Below, in pieces: positions 20,675-29,264 of a stretch of 30,679 nucleotides of DNA; positions within the stretch are counted from its first letter, which is position 1; each line of letters starts with the position of its first letter. Origin of the DNA: Myxococcota bacterium (GTDB lineage Bacteria; Myxococcota; XYA12-FULL-58-9; JABJBS01). The notes below the pieces were generated by a model. It did not search any database. It saw only the letters and a list, made by a program, of their open reading frames with translations, and had not been told where the DNA came from. The translations under genes were made by a program, and so were the position numbers. The stretch spans positions 1 to 30,679 of the forward strand of contig JAYZAY010000022.1 in NCBI GenBank assembly GCA_036339465.1, read 5' to 3'.

Positions 20675-20892
20675 CCTTCCCTTCCTCGGGCCAAAACAGA
20701 ATAAGGCTGGAGATACGAGTGATATCAATAACGCTAACTCGTCTTATGCAGGAAGTCCATCATACACCTTTCAAAACCCAAAGCCCAAAATAGAACAGTC
20801 TACAATCACACCATACATACAAACGCATACCCTGGTTCATCCGGATAAAGCGAGATATAGTGAAACGAAGAAGAAGGGAGGCCTACAGCCAC

Positions 20893-22137
20893 ATGCTCGC
20901 CCTAGGGTCACAGAAAGTCAACGTTTTATTAACCGGAGGACGAGCCCCCGTGACCCTTGAACTATCCCGACTTCTCTCCGCTGCCGGGCATAAAGTCTTT
21001 GTGGCCGAGAGTCTTCCACTTCATATTTGCCATTTCTCAAATACGGTTACATCCAACCTCCATATCCCCGCTCCGAATTCAGATCTAGATGGATTCGGTG
21101 AAGCCCTCTCGAAAATCATCAACGAATATAATATCGATTACCTAATCCCAACCTGCGAAGAGGTTTTTCACGTCTCTAGGGTAATGAGTAAACTTCCGGA
21201 ACGATGCAACGTTTTTACCGACACCATCGAGAAACTAAGAAAGCTACACAGTAAAAAAGAATTTATGGAATACGCTTCCAGTTTTGGTTTACCTGTACCG
21301 GAAACCAGAAGAGTCACCTCCATGAAGGCGGTCCACCAAAAACTCGCCACCGGTGAGGACTTTGTTCTCAAAAAGGTCTTTTCCCGATTTTCTTCCGACA
21401 CCATTCTACTTCCCAAGACGCCTCAGGATGTCGAAGGCATTGAGATAGGCGAAGACACCCCTTGGGTCATTCAGGAGTACCTGGGAAAAAAACAGTTCTG
21501 CACCTATTCCATTGTCGTCAAAGGAAAAATCCAGGGCCATGGGACCTACCCTACCACCTATACCGCCGGTCAGGGCGCGAGCACCTATTTTGAATCCGTT
21601 CAACCCCAAGAGATCTATGAATGGATAGAGAAATTCGTTGGCGCCATTGAATACACGGGTCAAATATCCTTTGACTTTATGGAAACTTCCACAGGTAAAA
21701 TTTTGCCCATTGAGTGTAACCCCCGTGCAACCAGCGGCGCTCATCTTTTCGCCCCCACCGATAACATCGACCACGCCTTCTTTGGGTCCCCCTCTAAACC
21801 CATATTTCCCGCATCCAATCGGCCATCGATGGTTGGAATCGGGATGGCTTTGTACGGAATCCCGGCGGCAATCAAAACAAGATCCGTGATGCAATGGTTC
21901 GCAGACTGGCGCAAAGCCAGAGACGTCGTATTCTCAACCAAAGACCCGGTTCCGGTGCTAGGACAGTTCTTTTGTTATATGGTCTTTTCTTGGCTCGCCC
22001 TTAAGAGTGGCAATACCATACTCGCTGCGTCCACAATCGACATTGAATGGAATGGAAAGCTAAGTCCTGGAGAACAATCGACCGTTGAAAATCAAGAAGA
22101 GACAATCGAGAGCTTAACCCAAAACTCCCGGAGTTAG
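20893..22137 (+). CDS. ATP-grasp domain protein
   Basis: VLLTGGRAPVTLEL, LIPTCEE, LHSKKEF, VLKKVFSRF, WVIQEYL and YTGQISFDF...IECNPRATSG (ATP-grasp ExNPR). ATG 20893 follows GGAGG. Confidence 0.85.
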   Translation: MLALGSQKVNVLLTGGRAPVTLELSRLLSAAGHKVFVAESLPLHICHFSNTVTSNLHIPAPNSDLDGFGEALSKIINEYNIDYLIPTCEEVFHVSRVMSKLPERCNVFTDTIEKLRKLHSKKEFMEYASSFGLPVPETRRVTSMKAVHQKLATGEDFVLKKVFSRFSSDTILLPKTPQDVEGIEIGEDTPWVIQEYLGKKQFCTYSIVVKGKIQGHGTYPTTYTAGQGASTYFESVQPQEIYEWIEKFVGAIEYTGQISFDFMETSTGKILPIECNPRATSGAHLFAPTDNIDHAFFGSPSKPIFPASNRPSMVGIGMALYGIPAAIKTRSVMQWFADWRKARDVVFSTKDPVPVLGQFFCYMVFSWLALKSGNTILAASTIDIEWNGKLSPGEQSTVENQEETIESLTQNSRS

Positions 22138-22141
22138 AGTC

Positions 22142-23137
22142 ATGAGCAAGCGCATCTTAGTCACCGGGGCAACCGGCTTCCTTGGAGGTGGGGTAGCCCG
22201 GCGACTTCTCGCAGAGGGACATGATGTCCTAGGGACCGGCAGAAACCTTGCAAAGGGCCAAAAACTACAGAGCGACGGCGTCGAGTTTCAAGCTGCCGAC
22301 CTATCGGATACACCAGCGGTTCAGAAGCTATGTGATGGTCGCGACATTATTATCCACAGCGCCGCACTCTCCGCACCTTGGGGGAAATTAGAAGACTTTC
22401 GCGTCGCTAACATCGATGCCACCCGTCATATCCTAGACGCGACGAAGAGATGTGGGGCAGAACGACTCGTCCACATATCATCACCCAGTGTTTATTGCAG
22501 TGGGGTTGACCAATTCAATATCCCCGAAGACCAACCCTTTACCACTTCGCCATTGAACCATTATATTCACTCCAAAATCGAAGCAGAAAAACTTATCTCA
22601 GAATCAGACATACCCCATGTCATTCTTCGTCCTCGGGGATTATTTGGGCCCGGAGACCCTTCCATCTTCCCACGATTGATCGACCGCATGTCCAAAAAAA
22701 AACTACCGATTGTAGGAAAAGGAAACAATGTTGTAGACATCACCTACATAGACAATGTGGTCCATGCGACGTGCCTGGCCGCCTTGAGTAAAAGCCCAGA
22801 AGTTTTGGGAGGCATCTACAACATCACCAACGGCGAATCCATCGAATTATGGAGCTTCCTGAAGGAACTCGCTAACCAATTAGAGATACCACGCCCCAAT
22901 CGACATATCCCCTATGATTTCCTCTACGCAATTGGCTCCATCCTAGAAACAATCCACCGACTTTTCTTGCCCGAAAAAGAGCCGAGAATTACCCGTTATG
23001 GGGTCGTCGTCCTAGGGCGAAGTACCACCCTCAATATTAACAAAGCCAAAAAAGAACTTGGGTACGAACCGGTTGTTGGTGTCTGGGAAGGACTCACTCG
23101 TTACGTCGCCTGGTGGAAGAACCAAAAAAATCACTAA
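22142..23137 (+). CDS. NAD(P)-dependent extended SDR, 3-beta-HSD/OleD-like reductase
   Basis: TGATGFLG Rossmann motif, HSAA, HISSPSVY, catalytic YIHSK, LRPRGLFGPGD and YIDNVVHA. Confidence 0.9.
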   Translation: MSKRILVTGATGFLGGGVARRLLAEGHDVLGTGRNLAKGQKLQSDGVEFQAADLSDTPAVQKLCDGRDIIIHSAALSAPWGKLEDFRVANIDATRHILDATKRCGAERLVHISSPSVYCSGVDQFNIPEDQPFTTSPLNHYIHSKIEAEKLISESDIPHVILRPRGLFGPGDPSIFPRLIDRMSKKKLPIVGKGNNVVDITYIDNVVHATCLAALSKSPEVLGGIYNITNGESIELWSFLKELANQLEIPRPNRHIPYDFLYAIGSILETIHRLFLPEKEPRITRYGVVVLGRSTTLNINKAKKELGYEPVVGVWEGLTRYVAWWKNQKNH

Positions 23138-23150
23138 ATGTAGTCTCAAC

Positions 23151-24152
23151 ATGGAACACACCCATTCTACATCTCCAAAGCAATCGACCCAAACATCGAT
23201 GGTGCCAGCCCGCTCCCAGGATGTCGCTGAACGAACAAAAACTTTACTCCATGAAATCCTAGCCTCCAAGAGACTCCAAAAGCGAAAGACCCTGTCTATG
23301 ATTTTTTGGGGATTCGCCGCAGTCTTGTATTTTCCAGTGGGACTATCTTTCATAGCCCTAAGACTTAGGCTGATCCTTCTCTACCGATAATCTGCACAAC
23401 CCCTCTACCTCCGACTCTCGCCGGTTGGGTCACACGGAGAATTCTATTTCCCGCCCTTGGTTTCCGAATCCGAGCCACAGGCATTCAGCATCTTAAACAG
23501 GCACTTGTGGACACGCCCTTCTTCGTCATCACAATCAACCACATTTTTTACGCCGACAGTGCTATCATCTTTAAGTTGCTGCAACAGGCAGGCTGTACTC
23601 ATTACTCGCTTTTGGCATCGACCCTGATGGCAGGAGAAGGCCAGTGGGAGCGACTCAAAAGGCCATGGAATCGTCAACAAAACGGTCTACACCAGAAGCG
23701 TTGCCGCAACCAACTTAGAAAAAGAACAGACCCGGCAAGAACTTGCGACTCTGGTTCAACAATCCAAAAACCTTCCTGACTGCCAACCCCTCGTGGTCTT
23801 CCCCGAAGGGCAAGTTCATAATTACAACCAATACCTATTACGCTCTGAAAAATTCTGTTTTGGCCTCAACCAACCGATTCTACCCATTGCCCCTAAGTTT
23901 CAATATCCCTGGCCATTGAATTTTTGGATTGCCAACGAGAATCAAGTGTTCACTTGGTTACTCCTCCTCTTTGTGCCCTGGGTTCATTGGGACTACCGAA
24001 TCCTGCCATTGACCACCCAAGAGAAAGAGGAGAAAGACCATACCTTCGCCCAACGCATTCAACACACGACAGCAAAAGCGCTAGGAATATCTCCCACCAG
24101 TTTTACCCTAAATGACGTTGCTAACACCCTGAACAACGGCTCGAAACCCTAG
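23151..24152 (+). pseudogene. Lysophospholipid acyltransferase (PlsC/LPCAT/AUP1-like) split by two frameshifts
   Basis: Frame A gives an N-terminal TM segment (LYFPVGLSFIALRL). After a shift near 23380 it reads LAGWVTRRILFPALGFRIR...INHIFYAD (HxxxxD). After a shift back near 23655 it reads LVVFPEG...LFVPW...FAQRIQ..TAKALG. Confidence 0.75.
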
Positions 24153-24536
24153 AACCTCGCCCAAACAAGATGACAGATGGTTGCAACAATCATAAGCCAC
24201 TCCCTACTTTAACAAGAGCATTCGCAGAATCGCATACAACGGGTTTGTCTTGTCCATACGTTCCAAAGGCTTACCGGAAAAGAACGTAAACTTTATCGGG
24301 ATCCCATGAGGCACTTTGATGACCGAAAGAGAGTCCCGCTTTCCCTTGGGAAAAAAGAGCTCAAACCAGAGGACGCGCAAAGAACCATCATCCTCGACAC
24401 CACTCGAGAAGGAATGGAGGGTGCCATAAGAGAGAGTGTGATTCCTTAAACAATCACACGCAGGTTGAGTGAAAATTGCATTTAAGTCTATAATCACGGG
24501 GAGTGAAATTAATCCTTCGAAAGCTTAGACAAACCC

Positions 24537-25703
24537 ATGTCGACTAACCCCACTAAAGAATTTCCCTCACAAATAGTGCTCTTTCGGGCATCGGAGTTCG
24601 GTCAAATACCCTGGCCAGTTTCGGCAGAGGGCCAGAAGGCTAGGACATGGCTCGAACCGATGCTTGAACACGGAATTGAACCCTATATACGCAATGTGCA
24701 TACCGATCCTGGAGTACTTTTCTGCGATGACAAGGTCGTCCCATTCACCGTGACAAACCCCTTTAAAGATAACTCCTACGTTTGCTCGCCATTTACGCAT
24801 TACATCACCTACGGCCGGGAAGAATTAGAAAAATTGGATTCGCGACTCACTAAAACTATTTTTGGGTGGATCCTCAACCAGGTGGAGCGTTGGTTCGAAA
24901 AAGAAGAATTTGATCGGGTACTGTATGTGAATAATTGGCTCCTCTCTACCAATTTGTACCCGAACCTAGATTGGACAAGAATCGGTGATATTCACCAACG
25001 CCTCCTAACGGAATTCCCAAACTACCCGATTGTCTTTCGCTCAGTTGATCAACGAGCCAATCCAGAGCTCCATAAGGCTCTCGTTGAACTTGGATACGAA
25101 CCGGTCTTTAGTCGCTTCGTTTGGTATCAGGATCCGTCATCCCCCCAAGTTCAAAAAAGAAAAAACTATAAATTAGACCGTTCGATTACGCGAAAATCAG
25201 GTTATAAAATCGTCAGCGGCGACGAACTTGAGGATTCAGATTTCGAGCGAGTGGAAGAGTTATACAACCAACTCTACCTCGAAAAATATTCAAAATTCAA
25301 TCCACAGTTCACCTCTGAGTTTCTTCGGTATCTCTGCCGCGCTGGAATATTAAATATTCGTGCCCTTCGTAAGGCTGGTCGTATAGATGCAGTCCTCGGG
25401 TTCTATACGCGACGGGGAATCGGCACAGCCCCATTGTTTGGATATGACACTTCACTACCGCCAAAGACAGGACTCTATCGTATTTTGAGCTGGGTCTGGT
25501 CAGAAGAGGCAAAAGAACAAGGGCTACTCATCAACTGCTCCGCAGGGGTTGGACAGTTCAAAAAAAACCGTGGCGCTGAACCCGCCTTGGAGTCAAATAT
25601 GGTGTACGCACACCACCTCCCCAAAGCCCGGCGCTGCTGGGGCTTTATTAGATTTATGTTATCCCGATTCATCGTTCCAATTATCCGGAAACATGAGCTG
25701 TAG
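24537..25703 (+). CDS. GNAT/FemAB-like fold protein of the type found with ATP-grasp/KSIII clusters
   Basis: SYVCSPFTHYITYG, VNNWLLSTNLYP, LYNQLYLEKYSKFNPQFT, TAPLFGYDT...GLYRIL and SAGVGQFKKNRGA (C-terminal FKxxxG motif). Confidence 0.75.
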   Translation: MSTNPTKEFPSQIVLFRASEFGQIPWPVSAEGQKARTWLEPMLEHGIEPYIRNVHTDPGVLFCDDKVVPFTVTNPFKDNSYVCSPFTHYITYGREELEKLDSRLTKTIFGWILNQVERWFEKEEFDRVLYVNNWLLSTNLYPNLDWTRIGDIHQRLLTEFPNYPIVFRSVDQRANPELHKALVELGYEPVFSRFVWYQDPSSPQVQKRKNYKLDRSITRKSGYKIVSGDELEDSDFERVEELYNQLYLEKYSKFNPQFTSEFLRYLCRAGILNIRALRKAGRIDAVLGFYTRRGIGTAPLFGYDTSLPPKTGLYRILSWVWSEEAKEQGLLINCSAGVGQFKKNRGAEPALESNMVYAHHLPKARRCWGFIRFMLSRFIVPIIRKHEL

Positions 25704-26108
25704 AGAGAGCCTGAGTTGACATCCGAAAATCATGTCCCCACCACTGATGAACGCTTTACGAAAAGTAGACGCTCACGGTCAAAATAAAGCCCAAATGATT
25801 GATGGTGCACTGCAATAAAAGTTTTCGGTCAACCGTCGAACCGTCCAAAAGTCCCCACTTTCTTTTCCAAAACACCACAGATTTTGGTTTTTCAGAGTCG
25901 AGCATTTTGAACCGAGCACCGAGGAAATCCAAACCCCTATTTTGACACTAAGCGACCCCAACAATCCACTCACTCTCCCGTTCTGGTCTAAAAATCCCCC
26001 AAGCCTTCTCCCAAAACCTCAACTCCGGAATCTCGATTAAAGACATCAAAAAACCTACAAAATAGCGAAGCGAAACGCACCGGTCCATAACCCTGTCTCA
26101 AAAGAGTG

Positions 26109-27447
26109 TCACCCATATTCAAAATTCATTTGCTGAAATCTCAGAGGCCTGAGCTTCGCAGAATCCCAGGAAGTGCCAGATGCTTGAGAATACTCACGAA
26201 TCAAAGTTCCTTGAATAATAGACGACACATTGGTCATCGAGACCTTACATTTCGGACATTCAAGGACGTCTATTTCAAAAACTCGGCGCATCAACCGGCG
26301 CCAAACCATCCGTTCTCTGGTGCATCCCTTGGCGTGTTCACTCCCCTCACCTCTTTTGGTTTTCGGCTATTTAGCTACACTCTTTTTCTGAAACGGGCCT
26401 TGGGCATCCCCCCCCATGGTAACAAACGATGTGACTTCGCGGTTTATGAATTCAATCCACGAGTTTCTCAATACGTATTTTCGCAAATTGTCCGTCGGGG
26501 GGGCACAACATAGAGCACAGTAGCTTCTCAAGTTGCTTGCGGGGATGGGCGAGGATGCAGCCTTTACACCCCAGCTTGTAACTCCTCCCTGAAGCCGCAG
26601 CGCCTTGAATCCCAAACCACCTTAAAGCCGTGACGCCATCCCATGAATAGTTATCCACCAAGAGAAGCCTCGCACACAAAATCAAGGGCCGGCTGCTCAA
26701 ATAGCAGTGGTTCGTCCATGCTCGTGGGGCTGGCTCTTCATCAAGCCACTGCGCCTTGTCGGCGAAGGTTGAGACACGGTCTTATCACAAATTATCTTAC
26801 GCAATGGCTTCGAGGTCTTCTGCGCTGGGGCGCACTAAGCGGTGGAACTCAAGCGCGTCATTAGCCTCCACAAACACACCGTCTGGCATCAGGGTGCGTT
26901 TGTGAAGGTCTAGATTGGCCGCACTCCCAAACCGCAGGATGGAGGTGACCTCGCCGCTCTGCGCTTCACGCACCGAGCTTAGACCCAATTTCTTTTTGGC
27001 TCGGCGGCGCCGCCAACCAAAGACCTCCCCAGTGAAGCGCTTCAGAAGAAGGCTTGCAAAGCCGCAATCGTAAGCGAGGCGGTAGCGGAGGGCGACAGAA
27101 AAATAGAGCACCCATTGCCCCATGGGGCCCCAGGGCAAGACGTTGCCTTTTGAGTGGGCCGCCAAATCAGCCATCCGGCGGCCGCAGCAGCTTGGGAAAA
27201 GACCCCAGCCCTTGCAGGAAAAAACCACCAGGCATTGGTGTCGGCAGAAAAAACACACCACATGGGTAAAGCCGTGGGCTAAGGTGCCGATGCCCAAAAA
27301 AGAGGCGAACTCTTGCCATACGAAGTGTGGGAGGCTGTGGGCGATGGATTCAAGCTCTGAGCGGAAGGTTTCTAGGTGGGTTTGGATGATTTGGTAAAGC
27401 GGCGTCTTTTCCAGGCGGCGGGGTTTGTAAACTGGGGGATGTAACAA
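26109..27447 (-). mobile_element. Degenerate IS91-family transposase pseudogene
   Basis: N-terminal YKPRR.EKTPLYQII, zinc-binding region (HGF...C..C...FSCK..G.FPSC.GRRM) and decayed HUH motif (RFGSAANLDLHKRTL.PDGVF). Further fragments KQLEKLLC and KPRSHIVCYHG, and C-terminal WRRLMRRVFEIDVLECPKC. Multiple stops and frameshifts. Confidence 0.85.
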
Positions 27448-27460
27448 CCTCGGCAGGCAC

Positions 27461-27476
27461 TACAACTTCCGTGCCC
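27461..27476 (-). promoter_or_regulatory. Sigma54-like -24/-12 motif upstream of the IS91 transposase
   Basis: GGGCAC-GGAAG-TTGTA versus consensus TGGCAC-N5-TTGCW; the -12 GC is altered to GT. Confidence 0.3.
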
Positions 27477-27594
27477 GGTTTAGGGCCTCAAAATGGGAGT
27501 CTTTACTTACTTAGGTATTTCGAAACGCGACACATGTAGCAAAATAAGACACATTCCATCTTAGCAACAACGCCATGGCCATTTTCCTTTAAAG

Positions 27595-27680
27595 CTGATA
27601 GGTCATTGGTTTGAATCGATTACCTTAGGCATGAATCATGGAAGATAGTTCCACACGATACAAAGAACTTGCTGAGTTCA
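27595..27680 (+). repeat. 86-bp block, copy 1 (upstream region plus first codons of a truncated gene)
   Basis: Matches 29031-29116 with one mismatch (gatagtt versus gatggtt). A partial third copy lies at 28963-28995. Confidence 0.95.
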
Positions 27681-27760
27681 GAGTTATGGAGTAGGCCTGG
27701 ACTTGAATCGGTCGCAAGTAAGAGGGCTCATGCCACATTTGCTCAACATTGGGAATAGAA

Positions 27761-28363
27761 ATGCACGCGTACATGGATCGACTTCGGGAACTGAACCTAC
27801 AGGCTGTGGAGGGGGGAAGTCACAACTTCAAGCATCAGCAGGATCTGCTGTTGGAAATCGCGAAAAAGAGCAAGCCCGCGCGTGTGCTGGAGATTGGGTT
27901 CAACACAGGCTTTGGGGCTACGCTTTTCCTGAACCAGGGCTGTAAGGTGACGTCGTTCGATATTGGTGAGCATGACTACGTGGCTCGCTGTAAGGACATC
28001 GTGGATGAATTTTTTCCGGGTCGTCACGAGCTAGTGGTGGGGGATTCGGCTCTGACGATTCCGCAGTACACCACTGAGGACCCGTTCGACCTGGTATTTA
28101 TTGACGGAAAGCACAGCTATCGGGGATGCATCGTCGATTTACTCAACTGCATTGACCACTGCAAGTCGGATGCGTTGGTGGTGGTGGACGATGTCTTCAT
28201 AATGAGTGACGACCCCTGCTACTTGGCCATCCAGTCTCTGGAGACGGCTCGTCACTTGCGTCAGTTGAGCTTTCACAAGTACCACGGAGACCGCGGACTG
28301 ATGCTGTGTCGCTACACTGTGGAGCAGTCGGATTGGTGGGGATGCTGGGAAGAACCGGGGTAG
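27761..28363 (+). CDS. Class I SAM-dependent methyltransferase (Methyltransf_24-like)
   Basis: VLEIGFNTGFG, VTSFDIG, LVVGDS, FDLVFIDGKHSY and VVVDDV. Confidence 0.9.
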   Translation: MHAYMDRLRELNLQAVEGGSHNFKHQQDLLLEIAKKSKPARVLEIGFNTGFGATLFLNQGCKVTSFDIGEHDYVARCKDIVDEFFPGRHELVVGDSALTIPQYTTEDPFDLVFIDGKHSYRGCIVDLLNCIDHCKSDALVVVDDVFIMSDDPCYLAIQSLETARHLRQLSFHKYHGDRGLMLCRYTVEQSDWWGCWEEPG

Positions 28364-28375
28364 CTTGGCTCTCTT

Positions 28376-28649
28376 GAGTAAGAGTAAGAATTAAGCAGGA
28401 AGCTTAGTGGCATGGTTCTTAAGTAAAAGTAAGAATTAAGTAAGAATTAAGTAAGAATTAAGTAAGAATTAAGCAGGAAGCTTAGTGAGTAAAATAAAAG
28501 TAAGAATTAAGTAAGAATTAAGCAGGAAATAAGAACAAATAAGAATTAAGCAGGAAGCTTAGTGGCATGGTTCTTGATTTCATCAAGGCATGAATAAGAA
28601 TTAAGCAGGAAGCTTAGTGGCATGGTTCTTGATTTCATCAAGGCATGAA
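28376..28649 (+). repeat. Purine-rich array of variable-length copies of one sequence, (G)TAAGAATTAAGCAGGAAGCTTAGTGGCATGGTTCTT...
   Basis: 11-bp units at 28430, 28441, 28452 and 28501. Longer units at 28385, 28463 and 28512. Exact 55-bp tandem pair at 28540-28594 and 28595-28649. Confidence 0.95.
28618..28633 (+). promoter_or_regulatory. Sigma54-like -24/-12 motif upstream of the Y1 transposase
   Basis: TGGCAT-GGTTC-TTGAT, with the -12 GC altered to GA. The ATG follows 11 nt later. The same motif precedes the second copy near 30550. Confidence 0.35.
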
Positions 28650-28929
28650 TTCACCCAAGATAGACCATCACGTCCGCTCTATTGAATCAAATTGTACATA
28701 CCACATCATCAGTAAAACACGGGGGGGGCTCTATCTCATGGTTCCCCAAAACAGAGTCAGAGAGATTATCATTGGGATTTTGGCAAAAGCCAAAGAAAAA
28801 CACCCAATAATTAAGACCCATTATGCCGTATTCCTCTCAAACCATTTCCATATGATGGCCCAGGGCCCCAATCCTGATTTCTCGTATTTCGTAGGTTTCA
28901 TCAAACTTGACATATCAAGGGCTTACTAA
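28645..28929 (+). mobile_element. Truncated Y1 HUH (IS200/RAYT-like) transposase
   Basis: TYHIISKTRGG...AVFLSNHFHMM (HUH motif). Only 94 aa; the C-terminal half carrying the catalytic Tyr helix is absent. Confidence 0.8.
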
Positions 28930-29063
28930 CCATCCTGCTTATTTTTTTATTTTTTAAAAAAACTGATAGGTCATTGGTTTGAATCGATTACCTTATAACC
29001 ATCCTGTTTATTTTTTTTAAAAAAAAAAGTCTGATAGGTCATTGGTTTGAATCGATTACCTTA
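28927..29063 (+). repeat. Imperfect tandem duplication of about 69 bp
   Basis: TAACCATCCTG(C/T)TTA-polyT-polyA-CTGATAGGTCATTGGTTTGAATCGATTACCTTA at 28927-28995 and 28996-29063. Confidence 0.9.
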
Positions 29064-29073
29064 GGCATGAATC

Positions 29074-29185
29074 ATGGAAGATGGTTCCACACGATACAAA
29101 GAACTTGCTGAGTTCATTTCCGAGAAGATGAGAATGTCGCAGATACATCGGCCGTTGATGCTGGCCGATCTGCTCACAAATCGAA
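29074..29185 (+). pseudogene. 5' fragment of a probable HNH/HIT-domain protein gene
   Basis: YKELAEFISEKMRMSQIHRPLMLADLL resembles the N-terminal FI...MRMSHIYQPVML motif of HNH-HIT fusion proteins (recalled, not searched). The resemblance stops after about 37 codons. Confidence 0.55.
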
Positions 29186-29264
29186 CGCAGGGTCTTAGCT
29201 CGTACCTTTCCCCTCATCGCTTTATTAGCTACCTCCTTCGTGGAGTCGCCTTCGGAGAGAGACA

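Noticed and set aside
24204..24497. 97-aa minus-strand ORF between the acyltransferase and GNAT genes
   Set aside because: No RBS or recognisable motif, and it opposes the operon direction. Treated as intergenic.
25704..26108. IS91 oriIS end
   Set aside because: It would be expected here, but I could not identify a convincing terminal motif.
28376..28649. CRISPR array (a 36-bp unit recurs several times)
   Set aside because: The intervening sequences are themselves partial copies of the unit rather than unique, equal-length spacers, and no cas genes are present.
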